From the IMG/VR virus record IMGVR_UViG_3300036884_000495, positions 1 through 64,000 of that record: 64,000 nucleotides of DNA. One strand, given 5' to 3'. Shown here piece after piece: positions 37,510 through 46,653 of this stretch. The position numbers and the translations under genes are program-made. Position 1 is the stretch's first letter; the number at the start of each line of letters is the position of its first letter. This DNA comes from a virus. Below the pieces are notes generated by a model. The model saw only the letters and a list, made by a program, of their open reading frames with translations. It had not been told where the DNA came from and made no database searches.

Positions 37510-39540
37510 ATGCCATTTCATCGCTTTCAAGATCCGACATACAACAGACTCGGTGGCGCCTTTCCCGGCACCATCGGAACACAGACATACAGCCGCATCA
37601 ATGTCACCAATGGCGGTATCGGTGGCGGGGACGGCAGCGCAAATGCAGATGGCGCCAAAGGAAGCGGCCCGAATGCAGGCACGTACTTGGTGGCCTTCGG
37701 CGAGGATGCTACCAGTTCCGCGGCCAATCGCGGTTTGCGTGCGATGGCGCAGAACACGGACGCTATCGATAACGTCATCCGAGGAAGCATCCCGTACGTC
37801 AAGCGCGTGACCGTCACGACCGTTTCGAGCAGCATCGATGTAGCGCTCGGCACTGAGATGTTTGTGGGCGAGCAAGGACTAGGCGCGTCTGCGCCGGTCT
37901 TGGCAGGTCTTGTACATATCGAGAATACGGACGGCACTCCCGTAGCAGGCACAACCCAGCCCACAATCATCTTGATCCATGATGGCACCGGCATCAACGT
38001 GGTGGGCGTGCCGGCGGACGGATTCTACGCAACGCCCACTATTCGCTTCTCAGCGTCTATCCCCGCGGGCACCTACGTGCTCTTCGTCGGTGTGCGTACG
38101 AGCTACGCTGACTTGCTCGAGACCAAGCTCCACTACACGGTCAACGAGCTCCTGGCGAACCGCACGTACAACACGCAGAACTGGTACAGCTTCACGCAGG
38201 GTTTGAACGAGAAGTACCGCCGGTCGACTACCAGGGCTGCGGGGGCGCTTGATACCCCAGGGTCTGGTGCCGTCATCACTCGCGACGGTAAAGCCGTCAC
38301 CGTGGAGATGGTGGAGCACCCATGGGCAACGCCTGTAGCGGGCGCAGACCCGTTCGATGCGGGCATCATCGTGCAGCTTCCGAGCGCGTTCGGCACACCA
38401 GGTACCGCCACTGACTACGATCGAACGCTGCCGGGGAACCTCGGCTACGTGTACGTCACGAATCGCCGCGGGGGCAACAACCCACTTGAGTATACGAAGC
38501 CCTCGCAGCCGTTGGCCGCCTTCGCTATTCTGAATCCCATGGACGTGCACTCCGGCTCGTCGGGTCCGTGGGTTGCGCGCACCTTCATCCCAGAAGGCAT
38601 ATCTGCCACTCTGAACCCAGATGGCGCACACGCCAGCCGTGTGCAGGTATTCACCCCCTACTACTTTCGAGAGTCGTCATATCACACCACCGCAATCCTT
38701 CTCGGCTTCGACGGTTTGCTGATCACGATAGCCGGTGTCACGCAGTGGTACATCATCGATTCCATCGTATCTGACGGGGTCGTTACTGTGGTATTCCCTG
38801 GTGGAACTCCTGCGGGTTTCAGCACGGCGACGTCGGCTACTATTCAGTGGGTGCAGTTTTCTGCCTGCTTTGGTGGCGCAGGGCGCGGCAGCAGCGTCGA
38901 CTCCAAACAGCATTGGGCGGGCTTCGTGTGGACCGATCCCATGCGTCTTATGGCTCCTAGCGGATCGTGGCCGGACGTCGCCGATGGCTATCAAGAAGAC
39001 GCACCTATTCACATCACAAAGACCTCCGGGGATATTGCTTTCCGCGCTGGCGTGTTCAATCCGACGACAGGCAGCTACGATATCGGTTGGTTTCTAACGG
39101 CGGGAGGCGTGCTGTACCCAGGCCCCTCCAACACGCAGTCATCAACGAGCAGCACCGGCGGCTTGCTACTCAAGGCAAACCAGGGGTCGATAACAGATAC
39201 GCACGCGCTGATCACGGGTGGATCGAATAGTGTGCTGATTGACGTGTGGGCCGCATCGTGCGTATTCCTAACGCACGGCACGCTGACTGGGGATGTCTAC
39301 GTTTCCATAGGGCTGACTCACGGCCCAAATTGGTCGGGGACGTCCGGCGACCACATTGAGGTTTTCCTCTACAAGACCACAACGGCACACGCCATCGACC
39401 TAGGGTGGGATCTAGGCCAATTCGCATTCAGCGGTAATGACGGTGTTGTCCCCGCCGGAATCGCCGCAACATACAAGTGGACGGGTACTAGGTCCTTCAA
39501 CGGCAAGTTCTACATGACTCGAACGGATTACCCACTCTAG
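37510..39540 (+). CDS. Putative tail fibre/spike protein (676 aa)
   Basis: AGGAG RBS; G/T-rich; N-terminal GEDATSSAANRGLRAMAQNTD anchor-like segment. Confidence 0.65.
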   Translation: MPFHRFQDPTYNRLGGAFPGTIGTQTYSRINVTNGGIGGGDGSANADGAKGSGPNAGTYLVAFGEDATSSAANRGLRAMAQNTDAIDNVIRGSIPYVKRVTVTTVSSSIDVALGTEMFVGEQGLGASAPVLAGLVHIENTDGTPVAGTTQPTIILIHDGTGINVVGVPADGFYATPTIRFSASIPAGTYVLFVGVRTSYADLLETKLHYTVNELLANRTYNTQNWYSFTQGLNEKYRRSTTRAAGALDTPGSGAVITRDGKAVTVEMVEHPWATPVAGADPFDAGIIVQLPSAFGTPGTATDYDRTLPGNLGYVYVTNRRGGNNPLEYTKPSQPLAAFAILNPMDVHSGSSGPWVARTFIPEGISATLNPDGAHASRVQVFTPYYFRESSYHTTAILLGFDGLLITIAGVTQWYIIDSIVSDGVVTVVFPGGTPAGFSTATSATIQWVQFSACFGGAGRGSSVDSKQHWAGFVWTDPMRLMAPSGSWPDVADGYQEDAPIHITKTSGDIAFRAGVFNPTTGSYDIGWFLTAGGVLYPGPSNTQSSTSSTGGLLLKANQGSITDTHALITGGSNSVLIDVWAASCVFLTHGTLTGDVYVSIGLTHGPNWSGTSGDHIEVFLYKTTTAHAIDLGWDLGQFAFSGNDGVVPAGIAATYKWTGTRSFNGKFYMTRTDYPL

Positions 39541-39549
39541 GAGCTTCAC

Positions 39550-40440
39550 ATGCCCGTATTTCTATCGCCAGTTACGATTCCTTACCCCGATACTAGCGGC
39601 AATATTAGCCTAACAACGGCGGGATCCGCGCATATTGGCGGCGGACTGCAGGTTGACGGCGACGCGATCCTTAGTGGCCACGTGCGCGTTGACGGCGGTT
39701 TTAGTACACCACATATAGCCTTGGGCGCACTTGGCTCATATACGGGTACGGACCGCGAATTGCTTACGTGCACGACGGCAAACGGCCAGCAGGTGTTCCA
39801 GTATGATGCCGGGGATACGATCACACCCACAGCACTTCCGTGGGCACAGCGAGGTCCAGGTGGCGTCGGTTGCTGGAAGGTTGTGAATTACGGGCAGGTG
39901 TGTAAGACTGTGCACGACGCCCAGTATGATACTGATGGTGGGACTGTCGCATACCCCAGCGGCGGTGTACACACGTATCACATATCAGACCTTTCTGTCA
40001 TGAACGGAAACTACGCCATGGGTAGCGGAGCACGCCCAAAGGCAGTTAACGGCTATGAAGTAGATGCACAGCTAACGTGGGCGCTGTTTACCCCGTGGCC
40101 CGAGTCATCCACTATACCCGAGGGTAACAACATCGCAGGCAGCATAGTTGCGCACATCGACAATAATGGGAGCGGCGGGCCAGGTACCTACTACGATCCG
40201 GGCGGAGTAGCCGCGGCTACCTTTGTTACGTCCCGTGGCAGTCTGCTGTACAAGCAAGTTGGTGCTACAAAGTTCACTACAATAGTGAAGCTGCATAGTA
40301 TGCTGTACCTGCCTGCAGGCCCGCTAGCTGTAGATAACATTGAACTGATGGTGCTTATCCGCACGGATCCTGTCGAATTCGCTACGTATGCATTTGGCGG
40401 GTCTGCTATAAGCCTGTGTGTAACCATCAGGGCTTTCTAG
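39550..40440 (+). CDS. Putative receptor-binding/fibre-tip protein
   Basis: AGGAG RBS; GGGLQVDG...GHVRVDGG beta repeats. Confidence 0.55.
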   Translation: MPVFLSPVTIPYPDTSGNISLTTAGSAHIGGGLQVDGDAILSGHVRVDGGFSTPHIALGALGSYTGTDRELLTCTTANGQQVFQYDAGDTITPTALPWAQRGPGGVGCWKVVNYGQVCKTVHDAQYDTDGGTVAYPSGGVHTYHISDLSVMNGNYAMGSGARPKAVNGYEVDAQLTWALFTPWPESSTIPEGNNIAGSIVAHIDNNGSGGPGTYYDPGGVAAATFVTSRGSLLYKQVGATKFTTIVKLHSMLYLPAGPLAVDNIELMVLIRTDPVEFATYAFGGSAISLCVTIRAF

Positions 40441-40445
40441 CAACT

Positions 40446-41306
40446 ATGGCCGAGACCTCCGAATACCACCCGTTTGCGCGGTCCTCGGAGGACGAAACCG
40501 GGGACACCCAGATCTGTGTCTTCACGAAGGGCGGCAAAGAAGTAGCGTCCGCGCTTCTTCGTGAATCCTTGGGCGAGAACGACGGGAACCGTCTGGAGAA
40601 GCTGCAGGTCGACTCTGCGCACCGGGGGCGGGGTCTTGCGCGCCTGCTGTTGCAAGAGGCGAAGAAGCGCGCGACAAAGGATCTGTACATCAAGCCGAGA
40701 CCTTTCGGCGACATGCCCGCCAGCATCGAGGCGCTCAAGAAGCTCTATCGCAGTGAGGGCTTCAAGGAAGCCGACGACAAGGACAACATGGTCTACAAGA
40801 AAGCAGCAAGCGAGCCCACAGGCAGCTACCAGGGTAAGCCTGCGAACCCCAACACGGTGAAGTTCGAGAAGGACTTTCAGGGGCTGAAGATCAAGGTTGA
40901 CCGCCCCAAGGGCTTCACCATGTCTGGCAAAGACCCCGAGGGGAAAGCTTGGGCGCGCACATACCAGTACGACTACGGCTACATACCGCAGACGCTTGGC
41001 GGGGACAACGACGGCCTTGACGTCTACCTGGGTCCGAACAAGACGGCGAAGGATTCCTACTGGGTGGTGCAGACCAAACCCAATGGCAAGTTCGACGAGT
41101 ACAAGGTGTTCCTCGGATTCAACAGCGAGAAGGATGCCGTCGCCGCGTACAAGGCGCACACGCCTGCGAAGCTTCTTCACAGCGTATCGGCGATGTCCAT
41201 CGAGATGATGAAGGCGATGCTGGGAGACAAGAACCCACGAGAAGACCTTGAGAAGAAGGCGATGTGGGGCGGCTTCCTCGACGAGCTCACGCGAATCGGG
41301 GGCTAA
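40446..41306 (+). CDS. GNAT acetyltransferase fused to an inorganic-pyrophosphatase-like domain
   Basis: LQVDSAHRGRGLARLLL (GNAT motif A) and LYRSEGF; then RPKG...YDYGYIPQTLGGDNDGLDVYLG...FDEYKVFLGF. Confidence 0.75.
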   Translation: MAETSEYHPFARSSEDETGDTQICVFTKGGKEVASALLRESLGENDGNRLEKLQVDSAHRGRGLARLLLQEAKKRATKDLYIKPRPFGDMPASIEALKKLYRSEGFKEADDKDNMVYKKAASEPTGSYQGKPANPNTVKFEKDFQGLKIKVDRPKGFTMSGKDPEGKAWARTYQYDYGYIPQTLGGDNDGLDVYLGPNKTAKDSYWVVQTKPNGKFDEYKVFLGFNSEKDAVAAYKAHTPAKLLHSVSAMSIEMMKAMLGDKNPREDLEKKAMWGGFLDELTRIGG

Positions 41307-41340
41307 AAGAAAACGGGGAGGTAGCGGCCTCCCCGTTCAC
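41300..41340 (-). terminator. Intrinsic terminator of the replication operon
   Basis: AACGGGGAGG/CCTCCCCGTT followed by TTCTTTTAGCCC on the - strand. Confidence 0.75.
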
Positions 41341-41532
41341 TCACGCCAATTCAGCGCCTTGCAGCTGCCTTAGTGGCGAGTCTTTCGTGCCGAACACGAC
41401 GATTCCGGCGTCTACTACGATGTTGCGTAGAAGGCCCTCTGGTAAGGATTCGTCCACCATGAGGACGTCTTCCGGCCGGGGAAGAACACACCCCGGCCAG
41501 AGACCCGCCGCATCGGCGTCGACTATTTTCCC
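41341..41532 (-). other. Probable programmed -1 ribosomal frameshift extension (61 aa)
   Basis: G GGA AAA slippery heptamer directly before TAG; downstream hairpins; the -1 frame stays open exactly up to the terminator. Confidence 0.6.
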
Positions 41533-42866
41533 GCAGACTCCGCAGGGAACGCCTGGAGAAGTTCGTTTGCGACCTGCACGTGCGCATTCGCCTTGATCTG
41601 TTGCTTGTACCAGTTGAGGGCCGTGGGCAAGTCGCAGCCGTTCTGCTGTTGCACGAAGAGCACGATCGCCATGAGCGAGAGGTTGTCAATGCGTGCATTG
41701 CCGATCACACGCGCGTGGATGTCCTTCACGTATTCGTCGACGCCCTCTTGCGCCTTGCGCATGGCATCCATCGCCGTTGCGAGCGTCTTCACTTGCGCCA
41801 TCAAGGTCGCAATGTCTGCGCCGCCCGTGGGCGCCGTTGGTTGCGGCTGCGGCATCTGTTGGATGCCTGGCTGCCACTGGGTGGGTACCAGTGGCGCGCC
41901 CTGCATTCCCATGGATGGCGCACCTTGCATCGGCGGTGGTGAGCCCATCGGCGCACCCTGCATTCCCGGAAAGCCGCCACCCATCGGCGGTCCCATTTGA
42001 GGGCTAGAAGTTCCCATACCAGGGATGCCGCCCGTCGGTTGCATCATGGGCATCGTCGGCATCTGTTGGCTGACCATGTGCTGTCCCGTCTGCGCCATTT
42101 GGGGCTGCTGTTGTCCCATCATCATGGGCTGCCCCATGGGAGCGGGCGCTTGTTGTAGGCCGGGGATTTGCTGTTGATTCTGTGCTTGCGGGTGACTGGG
42201 TGCCATGGGTTCTGCTTCCTTCTTCTTCTGATCGTATTCGATGAGTGCTTCGTGTACTGCGGCCGCGCGTTGCTCTTTAGGCATCGCGTTGAACGCCAGC
42301 TTTTGCTCTTGGGTGTTTACTTTTCCTGTGAGGTACATCAATCGGTACTGGTGGGACAGCGGCAGCGCCATGAGCGCGTGCAGTTCACGGGGTACTTCTT
42401 TTATGTCGACAGTGCCGGCCATCATGCTGTTTTCCTTCGGTGTGATGGCTACGTAGGGCGTAGCCAGTTGCAGTTGTTGTAGACGTTGCCTGTTTTGGGG
42501 TGATAGGTTGGCGACACAAGCCACAACTTGCATGTCCATGCATTTGTAGCAAGGCCTCGCATCCTTCTTAGCGGGGTCTGGGTGCCGCATGTTCTTGGCG
42601 GGGCACTTCAGTTGCGCCTGTAGTTGCTGCCAGTACTCGTCGATGAAGGCTATGAGCCCGTTGCGAATGCCATCGATAATGTGCTCCTCGGCAGCTTCGG
42701 GGAGCATGAAGGTGAGTACGCCTAGGTAGTATTCACGAGGCTGATGCGGTTGTACGCACAAGCCAGCTTTGCGACAGCACTGATACAGTTCTGTGGGGTT
42801 GAGCTGCGCGTACCCCTCATAGAGCGCTTGTACTTCTGGTGGCCACGAATTGGGCGATTGGTCCAT
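41523..42866 (-). CDS. Hypothetical protein with a Q/M/P/G low-complexity tract
   Basis: GGGGGAG RBS before ATG 42866; possible internal start at 42425 (AAGGA RBS). Confidence 0.7.
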   Translation of the reverse strand: MDQSPNSWPPEVQALYEGYAQLNPTELYQCCRKAGLCVQPHQPREYYLGVLTFMLPEAAEEHIIDGIRNGLIAFIDEYWQQLQAQLKCPAKNMRHPDPAKKDARPCYKCMDMQVVACVANLSPQNRQRLQQLQLATPYVAITPKENSMMAGTVDIKEVPRELHALMALPLSHQYRLMYLTGKVNTQEQKLAFNAMPKEQRAAAVHEALIEYDQKKKEAEPMAPSHPQAQNQQQIPGLQQAPAPMGQPMMMGQQQPQMAQTGQHMVSQQMPTMPMMQPTGGIPGMGTSSPQMGPPMGGGFPGMQGAPMGSPPPMQGAPSMGMQGAPLVPTQWQPGIQQMPQPQPTAPTGGADIATLMAQVKTLATAMDAMRKAQEGVDEYVKDIHARVIGNARIDNLSLMAIVLFVQQQNGCDLPTALNWYKQQIKANAHVQVANELLQAFPAESAGK

Positions 42867-43290
42867 TCTCAAACTCCCCCCACGCCCATACTTCAACGTA
42901 CGGGTCTTGGCCAGGCATTACTTCTCCTTTGGTGACACTGATTGATATGTGCTGGGCGTCGTCGTAGCCAGCGGCCTCCACGATCGTATCCTCCAATAAC
43001 TTGACTCGGTTACTGGCGTCTGTTTTCTTATGCCGCCGAACCTTGGGGTCTTTCCCCCAGGTTTTGCAGTACACGTCGCCGATGGCGAAGAGCGCGATGA
43101 TAACCACCTCGAACTCCTCGTCCTTCCGTGAGAAGAAGGAGAGGAACTCGGGGTGGTTTCGTCCAAGGAAGTTCTGGACCTCACGCTTGTATGCTTTGCC
43201 TTCCTTCTTTAGAACGCGCATGTTCCTGCCCACGGTGGCATACGCATTGTTAGCGGATGGTGGGAAGAAAGGGACAGTGATGTGGATCAT
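42817..43290 (-). CDS. rusA: RusA-like Holliday junction resolvase
   Basis: PPSANNAY, DASNRVKLLEDTI, DDAQ. Confidence 0.8.
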   Translation of the reverse strand: MIHITVPFFPPSANNAYATVGRNMRVLKKEGKAYKREVQNFLGRNHPEFLSFFSRKDEEFEVVIIALFAIGDVYCKTWGKDPKVRRHKKTDASNRVKLLEDTIVEAAGYDDAQHISISVTKGEVMPGQDPYVEVWAWGEFENGPIAQFVATRSTSAL

Positions 43291-43865
43291 TCAGTGAGCC
43301 TACGCTGCCCCCTGCGTCCGCCCGCAGCGCCTCCGAGTTCGATGCTCTGTCCGCGTAGGGTGACCTGGCGGCTAAGGCCCCGTGCATGACGCTCGAGGCC
43401 CTCTAGCTGAGCGTCTAGGTGTCGTTGCATGATGTAGTAGTCCTGCTCAAGGCGCAGTAGTTCGCGGTAATGAGGGAGCTCCTGTAGGAGGTCCTTCATC
43501 TCGGCTTCCGAGGGCTTCTTTCGTGTCTTCGCTTCCACCTCGAGGCGGACTTGCTTACGAAGGTCTACGCCCATCATCGCCATCTCGTTGCGGATGGTGT
43601 CGAGGCGCCCCTTCACCATGGCGAGCGTGGCCCCGGTGTACGCAAACCAGGCGTCTACTTTCCCCATGAGGATGGAGTACGCATCGCCTTCCAGTTGCGT
43701 GTACGTCTCGGGGTTGATCTGTGGGCAGGGGAACGGGGGCTGCCCAGGAGGGTCGAAGCCGTCTACGGACAGCTTCATGAAGATCTCGTCGTAGCTATCC
43801 CAGGCCGCATGTTCGGCCTGCTGCTGCGACTGGCCAATGCCAATATTCGAAGGTGCTTGTAACAT
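43287..43865 (-). CDS. Coiled-coil protein, possibly a UvsY-like recombination mediator
   Basis: All-helical; KPSEAEMK...PHYRELL pattern; lies in the recA operon. Confidence 0.45.
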   Translation of the reverse strand: MLQAPSNIGIGQSQQQAEHAAWDSYDEIFMKLSVDGFDPPGQPPFPCPQINPETYTQLEGDAYSILMGKVDAWFAYTGATLAMVKGRLDTIRNEMAMMGVDLRKQVRLEVEAKTRKKPSEAEMKDLLQELPHYRELLRLEQDYYIMQRHLDAQLEGLERHARGLSRQVTLRGQSIELGGAAGGRRGQRRLTE

Positions 43866-44728
43866 TACGTGAGCTTCCTTGCCTTTCTGGTGGGTGCGGG
43901 GGCCTGCCTCGCGGCAGCCATTCGGTTGTAGGAGGGCTCACAGGTCTTGGCGTAAGAACACCAGGAGCACGGCATGCCCTCCTCTCTATCCGGCAGGGTG
44001 CCCTGCCGGGCGAAGTCGTGTGCTTGAACCATCCGACTCTCTAGGCGGTTCCAGGTGCCCCTGTCGAATGGAACGATCCAAGGGGTGAGTGGTGGCGTGT
44101 TGTTCGAGTTGCTCTTGTTGTAGTAGAGGAACCAGATCAGGGGCACATCAAAGCACTTCTGGTAGAGCGTGCCTTGCATAACGTGCGGTTCCTTTGGCTT
44201 GTTCGCCTTCTCGAATTCGGGCCCGCTCATGGACTTGATCTCAAGTGCCACCCGTAGGTACGGGTTGTCATGCTCGTCGTAGAAGACGAAGATGCCGTCG
44301 GTGCTGGAGGATACCTGGAACTTCGCGGCGACGTCGCTGGTCTTAGATGTGATGCGCGCTTCGTCCGTGAAGACGATGCGTCCATCTGTCAGCATGCACA
44401 TGCGCTGGAAGTCGTCTTGGATGAGGGCGTGCACCATATGCCCTATGTCGAAGCGCTTCTGCATGTTGATGTTGGCGTTGTCCGTATCTGCGTTGTTCTC
44501 GGTGCCTATCAGCGAGTAGGTAGCCTGGCGAAGGCACCCGCAGATCTCTGAGGCGTGGATACCGGGCGCCCTGTGCCCATCGCCGCCAATGTGGATAGGG
44601 AAGTGGCGGTCACCGTGGTACGTCGCCTTGTACTTATCCCAGATCGCCTGGAGTGCAGCCACGTGATCCAGAAGCGGCTTCCAGTCGTTGTCAGGGGCGG
44701 TCAGATCATCAATCGTCAGAAGTCTCAC
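43865..44728 (-). CDS. Cas4-like PD-(D/E)XK exonuclease (solo, Fe-S type)
   Basis: HASEICGCLRQ, GHMVH, TDG, LEIKS, QGTLY, C-terminal CSWCSYAKTC. Confidence 0.8.
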   Translation of the reverse strand: MRLLTIDDLTAPDNDWKPLLDHVAALQAIWDKYKATYHGDRHFPIHIGGDGHRAPGIHASEICGCLRQATYSLIGTENNADTDNANINMQKRFDIGHMVHALIQDDFQRMCMLTDGRIVFTDEARITSKTSDVAAKFQVSSSTDGIFVFYDEHDNPYLRVALEIKSMSGPEFEKANKPKEPHVMQGTLYQKCFDVPLIWFLYYNKSNSNNTPPLTPWIVPFDRGTWNRLESRMVQAHDFARQGTLPDREEGMPCSWCSYAKTCEPSYNRMAAARQAPAPTRKARKLT

Positions 44729-45227
44729 TCAGTACCTTCTTCCAGTGTTCGTAGGGGACGAGAATCCATTGGTCCTCCACCATACAGGTGCCTTGGTTGG
44801 TGAAGTTGACTTGGAAGAGAGGCACCTCTCCGTAGCCGCACTCGCCGCGGATCTTGGAGAGCTCCTCCCGCGTAATGGTGATGCCCTTTGTGAACCGCGT
44901 TTTGTTCTCTATGCGGTACTTGCCCTTCACTACGCCGTCACCCTTACGCCAAGGGACAGCGCCGGAGCCTCGCTGCCGCTGTCCACCCATGTCTTCTGCG
45001 ACACGGGTTTCTTGCTTCATCGATGCCTTCTTCATCTGCTTGGCAGAAGGCATGGGCGGTGCGGGTTCCTTGAGGATGATGGTGATGGGGCGCTGCTTTT
45101 CGAGGGCGTCGAGCAGTGTGTTGTGGGTGCACTGCCAGAAGCCAGTCGCCTGCCCCACGGCGCATGCAACCGTGTACGTACCCGTAGGGTCGACCCCCAC
45201 GGGCAATAGCTTCAGCGATACAAGCAC
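44709..45227 (-). CDS. Hjc-like PD-(D/E)XK endonuclease
   Basis: QETRVA...GSGA...KGD...IENK; GTG start inferred. Confidence 0.65.
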   Translation of the reverse strand: MLVSLKLLPVGVDPTGTYTVACAVGQATGFWQCTHNTLLDALEKQRPITIILKEPAPPMPSAKQMKKASMKQETRVAEDMGGQRQRGSGAVPWRKGDGVVKGKYRIENKTRFTKGITITREELSKIRGECGYGEVPLFQVNFTNQGTCMVEDQWILVPYEHWKKVLSETSDD

Positions 45228-46501
45228 TGAACGCCCGCTGCTTTGAGGATCTCTTGGCGCAGGAAGAACTCGAAGGTGAGGTCTGTCCAAATGCGCTCTC
45301 GAATCTCGCGGTCGGTCTTGTAGCAAGTAGGTTCGATGGGCTGGCGCGTAGCGGGGTCCGTCACGCGCAAACCATCCCCGAAGTGCATGATGACGCTGTA
45401 GTGGTAGGCGGCCTGTAGCAACTCGCCCGCTTCGTCGGTGCCGAACCACTTCCAGTAGTAGTTGTACGTGCCGGCGACGTTGTCGTGCGTGCCCGCCTTG
45501 CCTTTGGCGGTCTTCCAGTGAATGGCTTTGCCCACGACTTCATCGCCCACTTTTTGCTGGGCGCCGCTGTACACGGTAAGGTCTATGAGCTTGTAGTGCT
45601 TGGTGGCTTCGCTGCCTTTGGCTTCCCACTCAGGCAGGTACTTGGCGGCGTATCCAGCGTTCGCTTTATCACGCTGAACAACCTGTTGAACGAGCATCGT
45701 GGTTGTCACGTTTGTGCCGGCGCGCATCATCGGGTTGAAGCGAAGCCAGAACTCCTTCATCATGCCCGCGGAACCCGCGCGCTTGCTGTCTTCGTCCATC
45801 GTCTTGTCGGCGTCGAAGCGCGATTGGAGACCAGAGATACTGTCCACAGCGACGATGTTGAACACGTTCTCCTTGTTGGCGTTTAGGACACCTTGGAGAA
45901 CGTCGTCACCTGTATCGCCTTTGATGACTTCGACGATACCCACTTGGCGCTTGTAGCTGTCTACCTGCTCGTTTGTGAGCTCGGGTCGTCGCTCATTTCG
46001 CAGCACCTTATTGAGGTCGTCGATCACACCATCAGGGACTGAGATCTTGAACCCAGAGTTGTGCATGTACAGGTAGTCGATTGCGCCCTCTACGTGGGCG
46101 ATGGCGCACGCAAAGGCATTGCCATAAAGTCGCTGTTGTAGCCCGCACATACGCCAAAGTAGATTGCTCTTTGTGGATCCAAAGGGGCCGCTTAGGCAGG
46201 AGGCGCCACCCGCCGGGAAGCCGCCGGCGAGCGCGATATCCAGAGAGATGATGCCCGTAGGGCGACGAAGAATGTACGGGGACGACATGGCATCGATGTC
46301 GACAAACGTCTCCGGGTTCTTCTGGCGAAGAGCGCTGATCTTGCGCATCTTCTCTTCGTACGTGAGGTCCGTGACCCGCTTGTCGACTTCGGGCTCAAGT
46401 CCTTGTAGTTCGTACGCCGGTGCCGCGGGGGCATCCGGCATATGAATCTTCGCGGCTTTGCCTTCTACCTTGACGGGTGCGCTTTGCTTCTTTGCGGCCA
46501 T
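45212..46501 (-). CDS. recA: RecA/UvsX-like recombinase
   Basis: PTGIISLDIALAGGFPAG, P-loop GPFGSTKS, Walker B IVAVDSI. Confidence 0.8.
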   Translation of the reverse strand: MAAKKQSAPVKVEGKAAKIHMPDAPAAPAYELQGLEPEVDKRVTDLTYEEKMRKISALRQKNPETFVDIDAMSSPYILRRPTGIISLDIALAGGFPAGGASCLSGPFGSTKSNLLWRMCGLQQRLYGNAFACAIAHVEGAIDYLYMHNSGFKISVPDGVIDDLNKVLRNERRPELTNEQVDSYKRQVGIVEVIKGDTGDDVLQGVLNANKENVFNIVAVDSISGLQSRFDADKTMDEDSKRAGSAGMMKEFWLRFNPMMRAGTNVTTTMLVQQVVQRDKANAGYAAKYLPEWEAKGSEATKHYKLIDLTVYSGAQQKVGDEVVGKAIHWKTAKGKAGTHDNVAGTYNYYWKWFGTDEAGELLQAAYHYSVIMHFGDGLRVTDPATRQPIEPTCYKTDREIRERIWTDLTFEFFLRQEILKAAGVQCLYR

Positions 46502-46653
46502 GTCTCTCCTTCAAACGGCTCGGTGCCGTGTTTAGGGCACGAAAGTACGTGCCCTAGTTTTTCAAGTTGACTGCCGCATACGGGGCATCCGTGTGCAGCG
46601 CGCTTCTCGAGTTCTTCTTGGTCAACGGTCTCTACTACGCCGAGCTTTTCCAT
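46465..46653 (-). CDS. Small Zn-ribbon protein
   Basis: AAGGAG RBS; CPVCG...CPKHG. Confidence 0.6.
   Translation of the reverse strand: MEKLGVVETVDQEELEKRAAHGCPVCGSQLEKLGHVLSCPKHGTEPFEGETWPQRSKAHPSR

Noticed and set aside
43865-44728. CRISPR-Cas locus
   Set aside because: The Cas4-like gene is solo. I saw no cas1/cas2 and no repeat-spacer array.
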